From sequence record OW969666.1: a stretch of 64,000 bases of DNA; one strand, given 5' to 3'. The notes below the pieces were generated by a model. It was given only the letters and a program-made list of their open reading frames with translations, was not told where the DNA came from and did no database searches. This DNA is from a plasmid. This document shows positions 29,614-40,141 of this stretch, in pieces. Position 1 is the stretch's first letter, and every line of letters starts with the position of its first letter. The position numbers and the translations under genes were made by a program.

Positions 29614-30822
29614 TTAAAGGGTTAGTGGTTCAATAGGCTGAAAAATGAAGGTACTGCTCATCTTTCGAATAACCGGTTGATCGCCTAACGCTTCAACCGG
29701 ATCAATGTGTTCTAAGCCTGCAAAATTTACTGACGACATCTGGCTGCGACTGCATTTGCAGGACAGGATATACTCATCCTCCAGATAGCCGGTCCGCTTA
29801 CTGACCCGTTGCGTAAAGCCTGACACAATCACGTTGTCGAACGGTAGCGTATGTAAAACGATACCGACCAGGCGGAACAAGCAGCCATGGACGTGGCGGG
29901 CATAGTTTTCGCGTACGGCTTTTTGCGTCATGGCTTTTTCCGTCAGCTCCGTGCCCCGGGCATTAACGCCGTAAATCTTATCAGGGAAATCTTCAATCTC
30001 AGCTAAATCAACATCCAGCAGGACTGCTGATAGCTCCGGCTTTACTTCAAATGCAACAAGCGTTTCACGCGGCCATTCAGTTTCTGCCAGCACACCCGCC
30101 AGGTATGATTCGAAAAACGCGGCGTCTGTCCGGAACTGCTGCCGGGCATCTGCCTGAGCCGTGGCGAGCCGTTTTTCATGTTCTTCAGCCTCAAACTTCC
30201 AGTTTGCATACTGTTCGGCCCAGGCCGTCCGTTGTTGCTGGTACCGGTGCTGTCGAAGGGTATTCTCACGCTCCACATCAATCAGCTCCTGCTGCCACCG
30301 GCGAAGATTTTCGGCGTGGCGCTCAGCTTTAGCTGATTCCGATTCAAACCATTTACCCAGAAAACTAATGCCTTCGCTCTCGGCAGGCTTTTCCGGCAAT
30401 GCAAGATAGTCTGGCTTTTCTGGACGCACCGGTGCCGGAACCTGAAAAGGCGACGTTCTGTTATGCAGGTATACTGCTTCCAGCTCTGCCCAGCTGATGC
30501 CTGTTTTGGGATCCGGCGTCAGCTCGTGAATATTACGGATTGCGGTCACCGCTGACATGAGATCAGCGGCTTCCTGCTCAAGCGCCTGTCTGAGCCCCGG
30601 GTCGGTAGCCGTCCGGTTCCCACCTCCGGAACGCGCGGCCCGGTCAAGCCGGGTACGGTAACTCAGCCCGGTACCGGGCAAGCCCAGATTGGCATAGGTC
30701 CCCCGGCTTCCAAAAGAAACGGAAGCACCTCTCGGCCCGACACTCAGGCTCGGTGCACCGTTACTCAGGTTGAGGCGAACACCAGGAATAATGTTGATCG
30801 ACTTTCTGAACCTGAACCCCAT
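29614..30822 (-). CDS. Hypothetical protein (402 aa; DUF4236-like Gly-rich N-terminus, coiled-coil middle)
   Basis: Clean ORF inside the ter locus with no enzymatic motif recognised. Its N-terminus reads MGFRFRKSINIIPGVRLNLS. Confidence 0.5.
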   Translation of the reverse strand: MGFRFRKSINIIPGVRLNLSNGAPSLSVGPRGASVSFGSRGTYANLGLPGTGLSYRTRLDRAARSGGGNRTATDPGLRQALEQEAADLMSAVTAIRNIHELTPDPKTGISWAELEAVYLHNRTSPFQVPAPVRPEKPDYLALPEKPAESEGISFLGKWFESESAKAERHAENLRRWQQELIDVERENTLRQHRYQQQRTAWAEQYANWKFEAEEHEKRLATAQADARQQFRTDAAFFESYLAGVLAETEWPRETLVAFEVKPELSAVLLDVDLAEIEDFPDKIYGVNARGTELTEKAMTQKAVRENYARHVHGCLFRLVGIVLHTLPFDNVIVSGFTQRVSKRTGYLEDEYILSCKCSRSQMSSVNFAGLEHIDPVEALGDQPVIRKMSSTFIFQPIEPLTL

Positions 30823-30832
30823 TATGATTTCC

Positions 30833-31789
30833 TTAATGATGCTGGGTCACGGTAAGTAATCTGATTCCATCAGCGCTTTGCTCGTTCTGTAACCCATAAA
30901 AACGAGCTCTGTCCAGAATGCCAGCCGCCCAGCGGCGATGTGTGGCGGGTTCACACATTGCTCCCTGCGACTTAAACACGGCCTGGGTCGAGTTCAGGAT
31001 CCGCAGAGCGTCAGAATGCTCACCCTGAGTGACCATCAGCGCGTTTTGAATGACCTCTATCTGACCCGGGTGAATGGCCGTTTTCCCAACAAGCCCATGT
31101 GCCATATCAAGAGCCAGCTCTCTGGCCATTACGGCATGATCGTCAATATGCTCACATACGGGCGCGGTCAGGGCAAAATCACGCGGGCCGAAGACCGAAA
31201 CGAGCATTTTGATGACGTAGCCCATCGGGCTGTCATACAGCGTCAGGTCCCGGGGACGGCGAAGCGACACAACGTTCATAAGATCGTTGCCGCCGATTCG
31301 AAGCGCAATAATGCGGTCGTGGCAGGGATGTTCCACCAGACGGGTGGCCAGCTCCCGCATCTGAACCACGTCAAAGACGTCTTCTGTTTCCAGCGTTGGC
31401 ATCATGCACAGGTGAGTCCCGCCCATGATATCCCACCATTCAGCTAACGAACTGAGGGTAAATTTCGGCAACACAAACCCGTCGACAGCGGAAAGATCAT
31501 AATGCGCTTTTAACCATCTGCCCATGTCGGCATGCCGGGGGCGAATGAACACCAGAGGCCAGTCATTTTTACCCAGGCTACGCATGCTGTTACTGAGCTC
31601 GTGCAGCAGGTGCTCCAGATTTTTGAGGGCGATGGGGATGTCTGCTTCACTGACAGCATCCTCAAGGCAAATTACCAGAGAGCGCAAACCCGGGATTTTC
31701 CCATGCAGGACGGCATCAGCAATATCTTCCCGTGTTGCAGGCATGTATAGCGTGGCTCCCAGATTCCAGGGAGAAAGACGATTTTTCAT
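30833..31789 (-). CDS. HpcH/HpaI aldolase/citrate-lyase beta (CitE)-like TIM-barrel C-C lyase
   Basis: Size and the LRIGGNDL segment are typical of the CitE/HpcH family. It is a ter-linked biosynthetic module member. Confidence 0.55.
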   Translation of the reverse strand: MKNRLSPWNLGATLYMPATREDIADAVLHGKIPGLRSLVICLEDAVSEADIPIALKNLEHLLHELSNSMRSLGKNDWPLVFIRPRHADMGRWLKAHYDLSAVDGFVLPKFTLSSLAEWWDIMGGTHLCMMPTLETEDVFDVVQMRELATRLVEHPCHDRIIALRIGGNDLMNVVSLRRPRDLTLYDSPMGYVIKMLVSVFGPRDFALTAPVCEHIDDHAVMARELALDMAHGLVGKTAIHPGQIEVIQNALMVTQGEHSDALRILNSTQAVFKSQGAMCEPATHRRWAAGILDRARFYGLQNEQSADGIRLLTVTQHH

Positions 31790-32868
31790 CAGAGTACCTT
31801 CTTGATAATGGTTACAGCCCGATACTGGCCGAGGGTTCCCCCCATTTCTGTAACAACTATTCCCTTTTCACGAGCAAGCCCTACAAGCAAGGCAACGTCC
31901 GGGTCGTCAATAGAACGCACAAATATATGGTCCGGTACCCGACGCAATACAGCCCGGGTTGCTTCAGCAATACCGGGTTTAATACGATTGACGCTGTCCA
32001 CTTTAAATTCATCGGCCAGGAACGCGATAACGTCGCGACTTGTCTGCCATAAGATCCGGGCTGACTCCGTATTCCAGCTCAGGGGAGCGAGGGATGTCGG
32101 TGTTAACTTCTTACGGAAATGAGCGACGGTATCGACAAGCATCCGGCTGCATTCGAATTCACTGAGATGCTCGCAAACCATGCACCCATGTAATCCTTCA
32201 GAGGACCATACTGACCGGGAGATCAGACCTGATACCGGCGCACCCATGATGCCAAAAGGAATGAGCCAGTCATCATCACTTGCTGCAAGCCAGGAACAGC
32301 CACAGGGATCGGCCAGGACAACCAGTCGCGGCTGCTCAGGATAGCCCGGGCGATCTTTCAGTGCGCGTACAAGCTCTCCGGTAATTGCGCCTTTACCTGT
32401 CCATCCGTCAACAAAGACAATACCGCTGGTACCATGCCGCTCTTCAATGACGTCGAGTGCTGCACCGTCAATTCCACGATCCCGGATGATGCTGATGCCG
32501 TAATGCCATGAGGTTTTCCCCATGTCACGCAGGGCCTGGTGCAGCATAACGCCGAGCGGTACGCCAGCTCTGACAAGACTGGCCAGTACAATGGGCTCAT
32601 CACCGAAGCGTTCGGCCAGAGAAATAGCGAGCTGTGTGACTTCTTTTGCAAGCCTCTCTGCGCCCCGATCCAGCGCCCGGTGAAACAAATCAAGATGCCA
32701 TTGTGTTGGTGCTGGCTCCTGGCTGAGCATGTCTGAATAATGTTTCTTCCCGGACTGAATCAGCTCTTCTTTTTGATCAACCGGCGTCATCTCAATGACA
32801 ACCGGCTTTAGCAGAAATTCCACGTCACCGGGCTGGTATGAGCCGGTAAATGTTTCATGTGGCTGCAT
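31789..32868 (-). CDS. Ter-linked PRTase-like/StiP-family protein (start uncertain: Met at 32868, 32904 or 32934)
   Basis: Conserved ter-locus neighbour with Cys-rich motifs (DPCGCSW, CMVCEH). Assignment is by context. Confidence 0.45.
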   Translation of the reverse strand: MQPHETFTGSYQPGDVEFLLKPVVIEMTPVDQKEELIQSGKKHYSDMLSQEPAPTQWHLDLFHRALDRGAERLAKEVTQLAISLAERFGDEPIVLASLVRAGVPLGVMLHQALRDMGKTSWHYGISIIRDRGIDGAALDVIEERHGTSGIVFVDGWTGKGAITGELVRALKDRPGYPEQPRLVVLADPCGCSWLAASDDDWLIPFGIMGAPVSGLISRSVWSSEGLHGCMVCEHLSEFECSRMLVDTVAHFRKKLTPTSLAPLSWNTESARILWQTSRDVIAFLADEFKVDSVNRIKPGIAEATRAVLRRVPDHIFVRSIDDPDVALLVGLAREKGIVVTEMGGTLGQYRAVTIIKKVL

Positions 32869-32869
32869 T

Positions 32870-33643
32870 TTAATTTTCTCCAAAAATTCGCTGTGAAATG
32901 GCATCTGCAAACTGACTCTGACGCGGGATGCCAAACCAGCTGCACAGTTTCATAAAACGATGATCGCTCAGGCTGTCGCCCAGACCAATTACGGGGAAAA
33001 CGCCGCGTTCAGCCCGAAGTTTTTCAAGCAGCCAGCTGACGGCCAGCCCTTTCTCAACCGGGGTGGGTAGCCAGGCCACGTTATTACTGTTGCGGTGGAT
33101 GTAGAAGCCCTCGGTCGGAAACACCGTTTCTATCTCATCTGCAATGGCATTGAGCTCGTCAAGGCGGGTGCTGTCGCGGTGTTTCATCACCATATAAACC
33201 GCCGTTTCACCGTATTCGAAGTTCAGTCTTGCCCAGGCATTAATCCCTTTTGCGTCCATCATTTCAGTGATCAGTCGCTGCATCGATGTCAGCTTTTCCT
33301 GATAGGGAGCCAGCTGGCCGAGCATATGGGCCTTCCACTCCTCGTCGGGGTTGCCTTCAGGCGTGAGAATGACGGCCCCGTGCGTGGTGATTGCCCAGGA
33401 GTGGAAAGGGATCCGTACGCGGCTGATTTCTTCAGTTCCCCGTGCGGTAACGGGAATGAGTTCAGCCTGCTCCAGAAGCCAGTCCACTAACATGGACTGT
33501 TCTTCCGTCATAAAGCTTCGTGGATTCAGGGTACGATCAACGGCACCGGTACGGAATGGCTCCAGGGCCAGCTCGTCCACCATTTTACGACGGGTCTGAA
33601 AGAGCGTGTCGTCAAGGTCGCTCAGAACAACGGGTTTATTCAT
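32870..33643 (-). CDS. HAD-superfamily phosphatase
   Basis: N-terminal MNKPVVLSDLDDTLF is HAD motif I DxDxT. The ORF extends upstream into non-coding sequence. Confidence 0.7.
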   Translation of the reverse strand: MNKPVVLSDLDDTLFQTRRKMVDELALEPFRTGAVDRTLNPRSFMTEEQSMLVDWLLEQAELIPVTARGTEEISRVRIPFHSWAITTHGAVILTPEGNPDEEWKAHMLGQLAPYQEKLTSMQRLITEMMDAKGINAWARLNFEYGETAVYMVMKHRDSTRLDELNAIADEIETVFPTEGFYIHRNSNNVAWLPTPVEKGLAVSWLLEKLRAERGVFPVIGLGDSLSDHRFMKLCSWFGIPRQSQFADAISQRIFGEN

Positions 33644-34784
33644 AGGTAACAATCTCCACGACGGGCGCAACCTCAGCCAGCGCCTTAAGAAGCTGCGCGT
33701 CAATACTTTCTGCGGGTGTCTCAGTACACACAAGAATGCGGTCAAACTGCTGGTGGGCGACGTTATAGACAAAATTGGGGATGCCCAGCCCGTAGTTATC
33801 CGTAAAGGAAATGGCGGACTCAATGGCATAACCAACGGCGATAGGGGAGCGGGTAGTCGAACCGTAAAATGCCTTTGCCCCGGCAGCTTCGAGCCGTTCT
33901 GCAAGCAGGAACGGCTCCCAGACGAATTCCCCTGTCCCGAGAACCAGAACACGCTCCCCTTTGCGGACGGAAACCTCATGGCCGAGATCGGCCGCAGGTG
34001 CGAGCATCCCCAGTCGACCCCATGACTGTTTCCCCTGGATGTCCCATTCTCCGCGTGAAGTTACGTTGACTTTTGGCATGTCCGGGACCGGTGCATCTGG
34101 TAATGTGGTCCATCCCCACTGACCGCTTACAAGAGAAACAGAAGTGACGGGTAAGGTGCTGCGCTCGGACAAGGCTTTGCCACTCCAGTCGGTAAGCGTA
34201 ACGGCGATAACCTGTTCAATATGTTGAAGCTTGCCGGTATTACGCAGGGCAGAAAGCAGGTTAATAAAGGTATTACCGGTGGTTGCCTCGTCATCAATCA
34301 AAACCAGCGTTCGCGCGTTGGTAACACGACGTCTTTTCTCTTCATCATCTGGCAGATAGATCAGATGATCAGTGGCGTGGCTGTGTTCTTCCTTGAACTC
34401 GCAAAGCAACGTGCCATCAACCGGGTGACGGGTAGAGGTCAGATATACAGATTCACGATGCTGGTGGCGCACTTCATCAAACACACCGGCCCCAAGCCCA
34501 ACGGCGGTTTCAGCCATACCGATAAACAGTACGGGCCCTGTTAGCGTTGAGGGGAACTGGCTGGCAAGCTGTCTGTAGGCCTGCCGCATGACTGAGGGTG
34601 GCACGGGAATGTGCCTGCCGAGTACTTTGCTGACAAACAGAAAGGCGCGTTTCGGGTTACGTCTTTCAGCGATATCAAACAGGTCATCGAGCGAAACTTC
34701 ACCCTGATCGCGGATTACCTGAATCGTACCGCATGAGAGGGTACGGCGATAAATCATATCTTCGAGGTTATCAGACATAAACAC
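33636..34784 (-). CDS. Phosphoribosyltransferase (PRTase) domain protein
   Basis: VLIDDEATTGNT is the PRPP-binding motif. Confidence 0.75.
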   Translation of the reverse strand: MFMSDNLEDMIYRRTLSCGTIQVIRDQGEVSLDDLFDIAERRNPKRAFLFVSKVLGRHIPVPPSVMRQAYRQLASQFPSTLTGPVLFIGMAETAVGLGAGVFDEVRHQHRESVYLTSTRHPVDGTLLCEFKEEHSHATDHLIYLPDDEEKRRRVTNARTLVLIDDEATTGNTFINLLSALRNTGKLQHIEQVIAVTLTDWSGKALSERSTLPVTSVSLVSGQWGWTTLPDAPVPDMPKVNVTSRGEWDIQGKQSWGRLGMLAPAADLGHEVSVRKGERVLVLGTGEFVWEPFLLAERLEAAGAKAFYGSTTRSPIAVGYAIESAISFTDNYGLGIPNFVYNVAHQQFDRILVCTETPAESIDAQLLKALAEVAPVVEIVTYE

Positions 34785-34787
34785 GCC

Positions 34788-35846
34788 TTAATTCAAAAGG
34801 TTAGAGAGTGATTCCGGGTATGCAATTACATCCGTAATGGATCTCACCGCAACCGGAGAAAAGGTGTTTTTAGCGCTCTGGCGCACCATATCTTCAGACA
34901 TCAGACCGAGCTTAAAGGCAGCAAATAACCCAGGAAGGTTCACCCCGCTGTGAAGGGTATAACCCACCCCCCCTGACGGACGCATGTTGGTTTCAAGCAG
35001 CACCGGGTTGCCATTCACATCGTTTCGCGTCTGAACATTCACCAGCCCGTCGGCCTTCATAACCCGGGCGCAGTCACACGCCAGTTCCCAGGCGCTACCT
35101 TCGTTTACCAGATACTGGATAGCCCCTTCCTTACGGCGTCCCACGGCTGCGAGTATTTCGCCCTTATCCGCGAGGATATCGACGGAAAATTCCGGGCCTG
35201 GCAGGTACGGCATCAAAACAAGGGGTTTAAACGACTCAGCAGCTGATGCTGCTGCAATATACTGTTGCGGACTGACCAGACGATGTTCGGGATGATTAAA
35301 GACGGCCATAGGCGAAGCACTGTCATCAAAGCGCCAGAATCCCATGCCATAGATACCCGTCACCGGCTTCACGCATATCGGGCTGTCAGTGAACGGCGGG
35401 GACGCGAGGTGTGTCTTTAATTCTGCCAGCGTATTCACCCGCCAGGATGGTACAACCGGGAGTCCCTTTTGCTCCATAAACTGAGCAAAAGTAACTTTTT
35501 CGTCAGCCAGAGTTAACCAGTCGACGCTCGTTGCACCGGTAGTAAGGGTGGCACCGGTCGATTCAATGTCTGAACGGTGTTCTTCAAACCACTGGCTGTT
35601 ACGGCCAGTATGAATATGGTGGATGCCGTAGGTCTGAATGGTTTCCTGAATAAACTGGAGACGTTTTTGAGGATCTTCAGGTTCAGTCAAAGAATAATCG
35701 GCAACGGAAAGGATTTCATTTCTTTCGTTACGGTGGGAGGCAAAAACGGTAATGGCAAAATTATTTTTTTGTGCAAATGATTTTACCCCCTGAATAATAT
35801 CTCGCTGGGAGGATAAACCTTCCATAAACCAAATTTTCTTGTTCAT
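34788..35846 (-). CDS. ATP-grasp enzyme
   Basis: 352 aa with Gly-rich and ETNMRPSGG-type segments typical of the ATP-grasp fold. It is a ter-linked biosynthetic module member. Confidence 0.65.
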   Translation of the reverse strand: MNKKIWFMEGLSSQRDIIQGVKSFAQKNNFAITVFASHRNERNEILSVADYSLTEPEDPQKRLQFIQETIQTYGIHHIHTGRNSQWFEEHRSDIESTGATLTTGATSVDWLTLADEKVTFAQFMEQKGLPVVPSWRVNTLAELKTHLASPPFTDSPICVKPVTGIYGMGFWRFDDSASPMAVFNHPEHRLVSPQQYIAAASAAESFKPLVLMPYLPGPEFSVDILADKGEILAAVGRRKEGAIQYLVNEGSAWELACDCARVMKADGLVNVQTRNDVNGNPVLLETNMRPSGGVGYTLHSGVNLPGLFAAFKLGLMSEDMVRQSAKNTFSPVAVRSITDVIAYPESLSNLLN

Positions 35847-36167
35847 TTTTTTTAATTATCCGGAACGCCATGCAAATTTATGATTGAGAAGTGAGTCTAT
35901 GAGTGTCTAAGCTACATGTCAATCATAATATGATTAATAACTTCTGTGGTTATGGAGTGAGTCAGTATTTTTTGGATTCCCGATAAAGTATTGATATTTA
36001 AATTAAACATAGAAAATTAACACCCTGAAAAGATTTTCTTTTTGTGTTTTTACAGAAAACTACCAAAATTTCCCTTGTCAGAGAACTTCATCATGATATG
36101 ATTTTCTTCGTCAGTTAATAAACAACCCTTTGATTGTCTCGGTCATTACCATTTTAAGGAATAAAAC
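35847..36167. promoter_or_regulatory. AT-rich divergent intergenic region between the biosynthetic operon and terZ (candidate TerW-controlled promoters)
   Basis: ~320 bp at roughly 30% GC between divergent operons. Confidence 0.4.
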
Positions 36168-36749
36168 ATGGTTTCATTAGTTAAGAACCAGACGGTATCA
36201 CTCAGCAAAGAATCATCTGCATTAAGCCAGCTTCATTTCGGTCTCGGTTGGGATCCGGTTAAGAAAAAAGGTCTTCTTGGAGGATTGTTTGGAGGCAACG
36301 ACTCAATCGATCTCGATGCTGGCTGCGTATTAATGGACAGCACCGGTAAAACAATTGACACCATCTGGTTCCGCAAACTGGAATCCACCTGCGGCGCTGT
36401 TGTGCACAGTGGCGATAACCTGACCGGTGAGGGTGACGGTGACGATGAAGTGATTAAGGTCAACCTCTCCCGACTGCCTGCAAACGTTGAATACCTGGCG
36501 TTTACGGTAAACAGCTTCCGTGGTCAGTCGTTCAATGACGTCGAAAACGCGTTCTGCCGCGTTGTCGATCAAACCGGCAAAGAGCTGGCTCGCTACAAGC
36601 TGACTGAGCAGGGCTCACATACCGGGATCGTTATTTCTTCGCTGCGCCGTAATAACGGCAACTGGGACTTTACCGCCCTTGGCCATGCCTGTCGCGGCCG
36701 CACAATTGACGATATGCACTCCGATATCGTTTCAGCGGTTATCCGCTAA
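36168..36749 (+). CDS. terZ: TerZ (TerD family)
   Basis: [15 protein letters not shown] matches the TerD signature, and the gene is first in the terZABCDE order. Confidence 0.85.
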   Translation: MVSLVKNQTVSLSKESSALSQLHFGLGWDPVKKKGLLGGLFGGNDSIDLDAGCVLMDSTGKTIDTIWFRKLESTCGAVVHSGDNLTGEGDGDDEVIKVNLSRLPANVEYLAFTVNSFRGQSFNDVENAFCRVVDQTGKELARYKLTEQGSHTGIVISSLRRNNGNWDFTALGHACRGRTIDDMHSDIVSAVIR

Positions 36750-37906
36750 TGAACCTGACGCCGGGGGGCAATGCCCCCGTTCCAGCCCAGGAGTTGCGGG
36801 TCCGGATCACCTCGGGCGGCCAGGTGGATGCTTCGGCGTTTCGCCTGTATGCCGACGGGAAGGTGCAGGGTGATGCGGACATGGTGTTCTATGGTCAGCC
36901 ACGTAACGATGATGGTACCGTCAGCCTGGTCAGTGAAGGCCAGTACTCAACCTTTACTGTCGCGCTCAACCGGCTGAAACCTGATGTCCAAAAAATTGCG
37001 TTCACCGTGACCTGTGACGGTGGGCAGACGGTGTCCGGTCTTCGTAATCTTTCCATCGACGTGGAGCAAGGGGCTACCGGCCTGGTTAGCGGCAGTGTCG
37101 AATTGAGCGGCCGTCAGGAAGCAGCCTTAATTCTGGGTGAATTTTACCGTCGTAATAATGACTGGAAATTCCGCTTCGTTGCGCAGGGGTTCAACGGTGG
37201 ACTTAAACCGCTGGCAGAGCATTTCGGCGTAAATATTGCCGACGAACCGGCTCCCGCAGCCCCGACTCCTCCGGTTGTAACCCCTCCGCCAGTTGAGACA
37301 AAAATCAGCCTGAGCAAGGTATCGCTGACAAAAGAGAAGCCTGCAATCAGCCTGACCAAACGGGATAACTTCGGTGAAATCCGGATCAACCTGAACTGGC
37401 ACCGGGGCAGCGGCAAATCAGGCTTTGCAGGCATGTTCGGCTCCAAAGGAATCGACCTGGATCTGGGGGCCTTTGTTGAGCTTCAGGACGGGTATAAATC
37501 GGTCATTCAGGCGCTCGGTAATGCATTCGGTAATTATCGCGATGAACCGTATGTTCAGCTCAAGGGCGATGACCGGACGGGTGATGTATCAGACGGCGAG
37601 TGGCTGCATATCAATGGACGTGAATGGAAGCATATCCGCGAAGTGCTGATTTACGCCTTTATTTATGAAGGTGTTCCCAGCTGGGACAAGACTGATGGTG
37701 TGGTCACCATTCATGTGCCGGATCAACCGCCCATTGAGACCCGCCTGACCGAAGGTGAAAACCGTCGCACATTGTGCGCCATTGCCAGACTCGTAAACGA
37801 AAACGGCGCAATTAAAGTCGAGCGAATTAACCAGTACTTCAAAGGCCAGGACGAAATGGACCGGGCATTTGGCTGGGGATTTCGCTGGAGCGCCGGTTCT
37901 AAATAA
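36749..37906 (+). CDS. terA: TerA (tandem TerD-like domains)
   Basis: 385 aa with two TerD-like halves, in the position of terA. Confidence 0.8.
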   Translation: MNLTPGGNAPVPAQELRVRITSGGQVDASAFRLYADGKVQGDADMVFYGQPRNDDGTVSLVSEGQYSTFTVALNRLKPDVQKIAFTVTCDGGQTVSGLRNLSIDVEQGATGLVSGSVELSGRQEAALILGEFYRRNNDWKFRFVAQGFNGGLKPLAEHFGVNIADEPAPAAPTPPVVTPPPVETKISLSKVSLTKEKPAISLTKRDNFGEIRINLNWHRGSGKSGFAGMFGSKGIDLDLGAFVELQDGYKSVIQALGNAFGNYRDEPYVQLKGDDRTGDVSDGEWLHINGREWKHIREVLIYAFIYEGVPSWDKTDGVVTIHVPDQPPIETRLTEGENRRTLCAIARLVNENGAIKVERINQYFKGQDEMDRAFGWGFRWSAGSK

Positions 37907-37928
37907 CACAGCAACAAAGGAAACAGGT

Positions 37929-38384
37929 ATGAGCTTTTTCGACAAGGTAAAAGGTGCCATTAACTCTGGCCGGGACGAACTGACCCGCCAGGTTGGTCGT
38001 TTCAAAAACAAAAAATTTATGCACGGCACCGTTGCTGTATGTGCCCGTATTGCCGTATCGAGTGACGGCGTGAGTTCGGAAGAAAAGCAGAAAATGATGG
38101 GCTTTCTTCGCTCTTCAGAAGAGCTGAAGGTCTTCGATACCAATGAGGTGATCGAGTTCTTCAATAAACTGGTTTCAAGCTTCGATTTCGATGTTGAAAT
38201 CGGCAAGGGCGAAACCATGAAATACATCCTGGCGCTGAAAGATCAGCCTGAGGCCGCTCAGCTGGCCTTACGTGTTGGTATTGCCGTTGCGAAAAGTGAC
38301 GGTAACTTCGATCAGGACGAGAAACTGGCCTCCCGCGAGATCGCTATCGCGTTGGGCTTCGACCCGGCTGAATTTGGCCTCTGA
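37929..38384 (+). CDS. terB: TerB
   Basis: 151 aa from MSFFDKVKG with RBS aaggaaacaggt; order and size support terB. Confidence 0.8.
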   Translation: MSFFDKVKGAINSGRDELTRQVGRFKNKKFMHGTVAVCARIAVSSDGVSSEEKQKMMGFLRSSEELKVFDTNEVIEFFNKLVSSFDFDVEIGKGETMKYILALKDQPEAAQLALRVGIAVAKSDGNFDQDEKLASREIAIALGFDPAEFGL

Positions 38385-38406
38385 TCCACATCCCTAAGGG
38401 TAAAAT

Positions 38407-39447
38407 ATGGTTTCCACACACATCGGCTTCCCGACTGAAACGGTCATTGTTTTCATTGCGCTTTCAGTCGGTGCCATCTTTATTGACCTGTTTATGCACC
38501 GTGATGACAAGCCCATTTCCCTGAAGAGTGCGGCGCTCTGGTCCGTATTCTGGGTTGTGGTTGCGATGGCATTTGCCGGTTTCCTCTACATCCACCACGG
38601 TGCTGAGGTTGCCAGCCTGTTTGTAACGGGTTATGCGCTGGAGAAAGTGCTGTCGGTCGACAACCTGTTTGTCATGATGGCCATCTTCTCCTGGTTCGCC
38701 GTTCCTGATCGTTACCGCCACCGTGTTCTCTACTGGGGGATCATTGGTGCCATCGTCTTCAGGGGCATCTTTGTCGCCATCGGTACGAGCCTGCTGAGTC
38801 TGGGGCCGTATGTTGAAGTTGTCTTCGCTATCATCGTCGCCTGGACGGCGGTCATGATGCTTAAAAGCGGTGATGACGATGATGAAATTGAGGATTATTC
38901 CCAGCATCTGGCTTACCGCATGGTTAAACGCTTCTTCCCTATCTGGCCGAAGCTCAGAGGTCATGCTTTCCTGCTTAACCAGAAGGAAGTGGATGCCGAA
39001 CTGGCGAAACCAGAAAACAGCGATGTCACCATTGGCCGTGGTAAAAAGGCGGCGCTGTATGCGACCCCTCTGTTCCTGTGTGTGGCCGTGGTTGAACTCT
39101 CGGATGTTATGTTTGCGTTTGACTCGGTACCGGCAATCATTGCCGTCAGTCGTGAACCGCTTATCGTCTATAGTGCCATGATGTTTGCTATCCTGGGCCT
39201 GCGTACTCTGTACTTTGTCCTTGAAGCACTGAAACAGTACCTGGTTCATCTGGAGAAGGCCGTTATCGTGCTGCTGTTCTTCATCGCGGCAAAACTGGGC
39301 CTGAATGCGACCGATCACATTTGGCATCATGGTTACAGCATCGCGGCGACAACCAGCCTGTATGTTGTACTGGGTGTTTTGGCGCTGGGCATTCTCGCAA
39401 GCGTCATGTTCCCGGGCAAACCTGAATCTGAGGAAAAGGGGAGCTGA
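38407..39447 (+). CDS. terC: TerC integral membrane protein
   Basis: 346 aa polytopic membrane protein with conserved acidic residues in its TM segments. Confidence 0.85.
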   Translation: MVSTHIGFPTETVIVFIALSVGAIFIDLFMHRDDKPISLKSAALWSVFWVVVAMAFAGFLYIHHGAEVASLFVTGYALEKVLSVDNLFVMMAIFSWFAVPDRYRHRVLYWGIIGAIVFRGIFVAIGTSLLSLGPYVEVVFAIIVAWTAVMMLKSGDDDDEIEDYSQHLAYRMVKRFFPIWPKLRGHAFLLNQKEVDAELAKPENSDVTIGRGKKAALYATPLFLCVAVVELSDVMFAFDSVPAIIAVSREPLIVYSAMMFAILGLRTLYFVLEALKQYLVHLEKAVIVLLFFIAAKLGLNATDHIWHHGYSIAATTSLYVVLGVLALGILASVMFPGKPESEEKGS

Positions 39448-39495
39448 TCCCCTGAAGTGTTAACCTGAACAATTACTAATCGAAGAGGTTATTTT

Positions 39496-40074
39496 ATGAG
39501 TGTTTCTCTTTCCAAAGGCGGGAACGTCTCCCTGAGTAAAGCAGCTCCGTCAATGAAAAACGTCCTGGTGGGCCTTGGCTGGGATGCGCGTTCAACAGAC
39601 GGTCAGGACTTTGACCTGGATGCTTCAGCATTCCTGCTGGCCGCAAATGGCAAAGTGCGCGGCGATTCAGATTTCATCTTCTATAACAACCTGACGTCAT
39701 CTGACGGTTCCGTAACCCATACCGGTGATAACCGTACCGGTGAAGGTGATGGTGATGATGAATCGCTGAAAATTAAACTGGACGCCGTCCCGTCTGATGT
39801 TGACAAGATCATCTTCGTTGTCACTATCCATGATGCTCAGGCTCGTCGCCAGAGCTTTGGTCAGGTATCCGGTGCGTTTATTCGCCTGGTCAATGACGAT
39901 AACCAGACTGAAGTCGCTCGCTACGATCTGACCGAAGATGCGTCCACTGAGACTGCCATGCTGTTCGGCGAGCTGTATCGCCACAATGGTGAGTGGAAAT
40001 TCCGCGCAGTGGGCCAGGGTTATGCTGGTGGTCTGGCATCTGTATGTGCTCAGTACGGCATTAACGCGTCCTGA
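39496..40074 (+). CDS. terD: TerD
   Basis: [15 protein letters not shown]; 192 aa. Confidence 0.9.
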   Translation: MSVSLSKGGNVSLSKAAPSMKNVLVGLGWDARSTDGQDFDLDASAFLLAANGKVRGDSDFIFYNNLTSSDGSVTHTGDNRTGEGDGDDESLKIKLDAVPSDVDKIIFVVTIHDAQARRQSFGQVSGAFIRLVNDDNQTEVARYDLTEDASTETAMLFGELYRHNGEWKFRAVGQGYAGGLASVCAQYGINAS

Positions 40075-40141
40075 TCGAAAAGTAACTTTTCACCCGGGGC
40101 TGTTAATGCAGCCCTCATTCAACTGTTTGCAGGAGCTAAAA

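Noticed and set aside
39938-40141. N-terminal extension of terE (ORF from 39938)
   Set aside because: It overlaps the terD 3' end. The TerE homology and RBS start at 40142.
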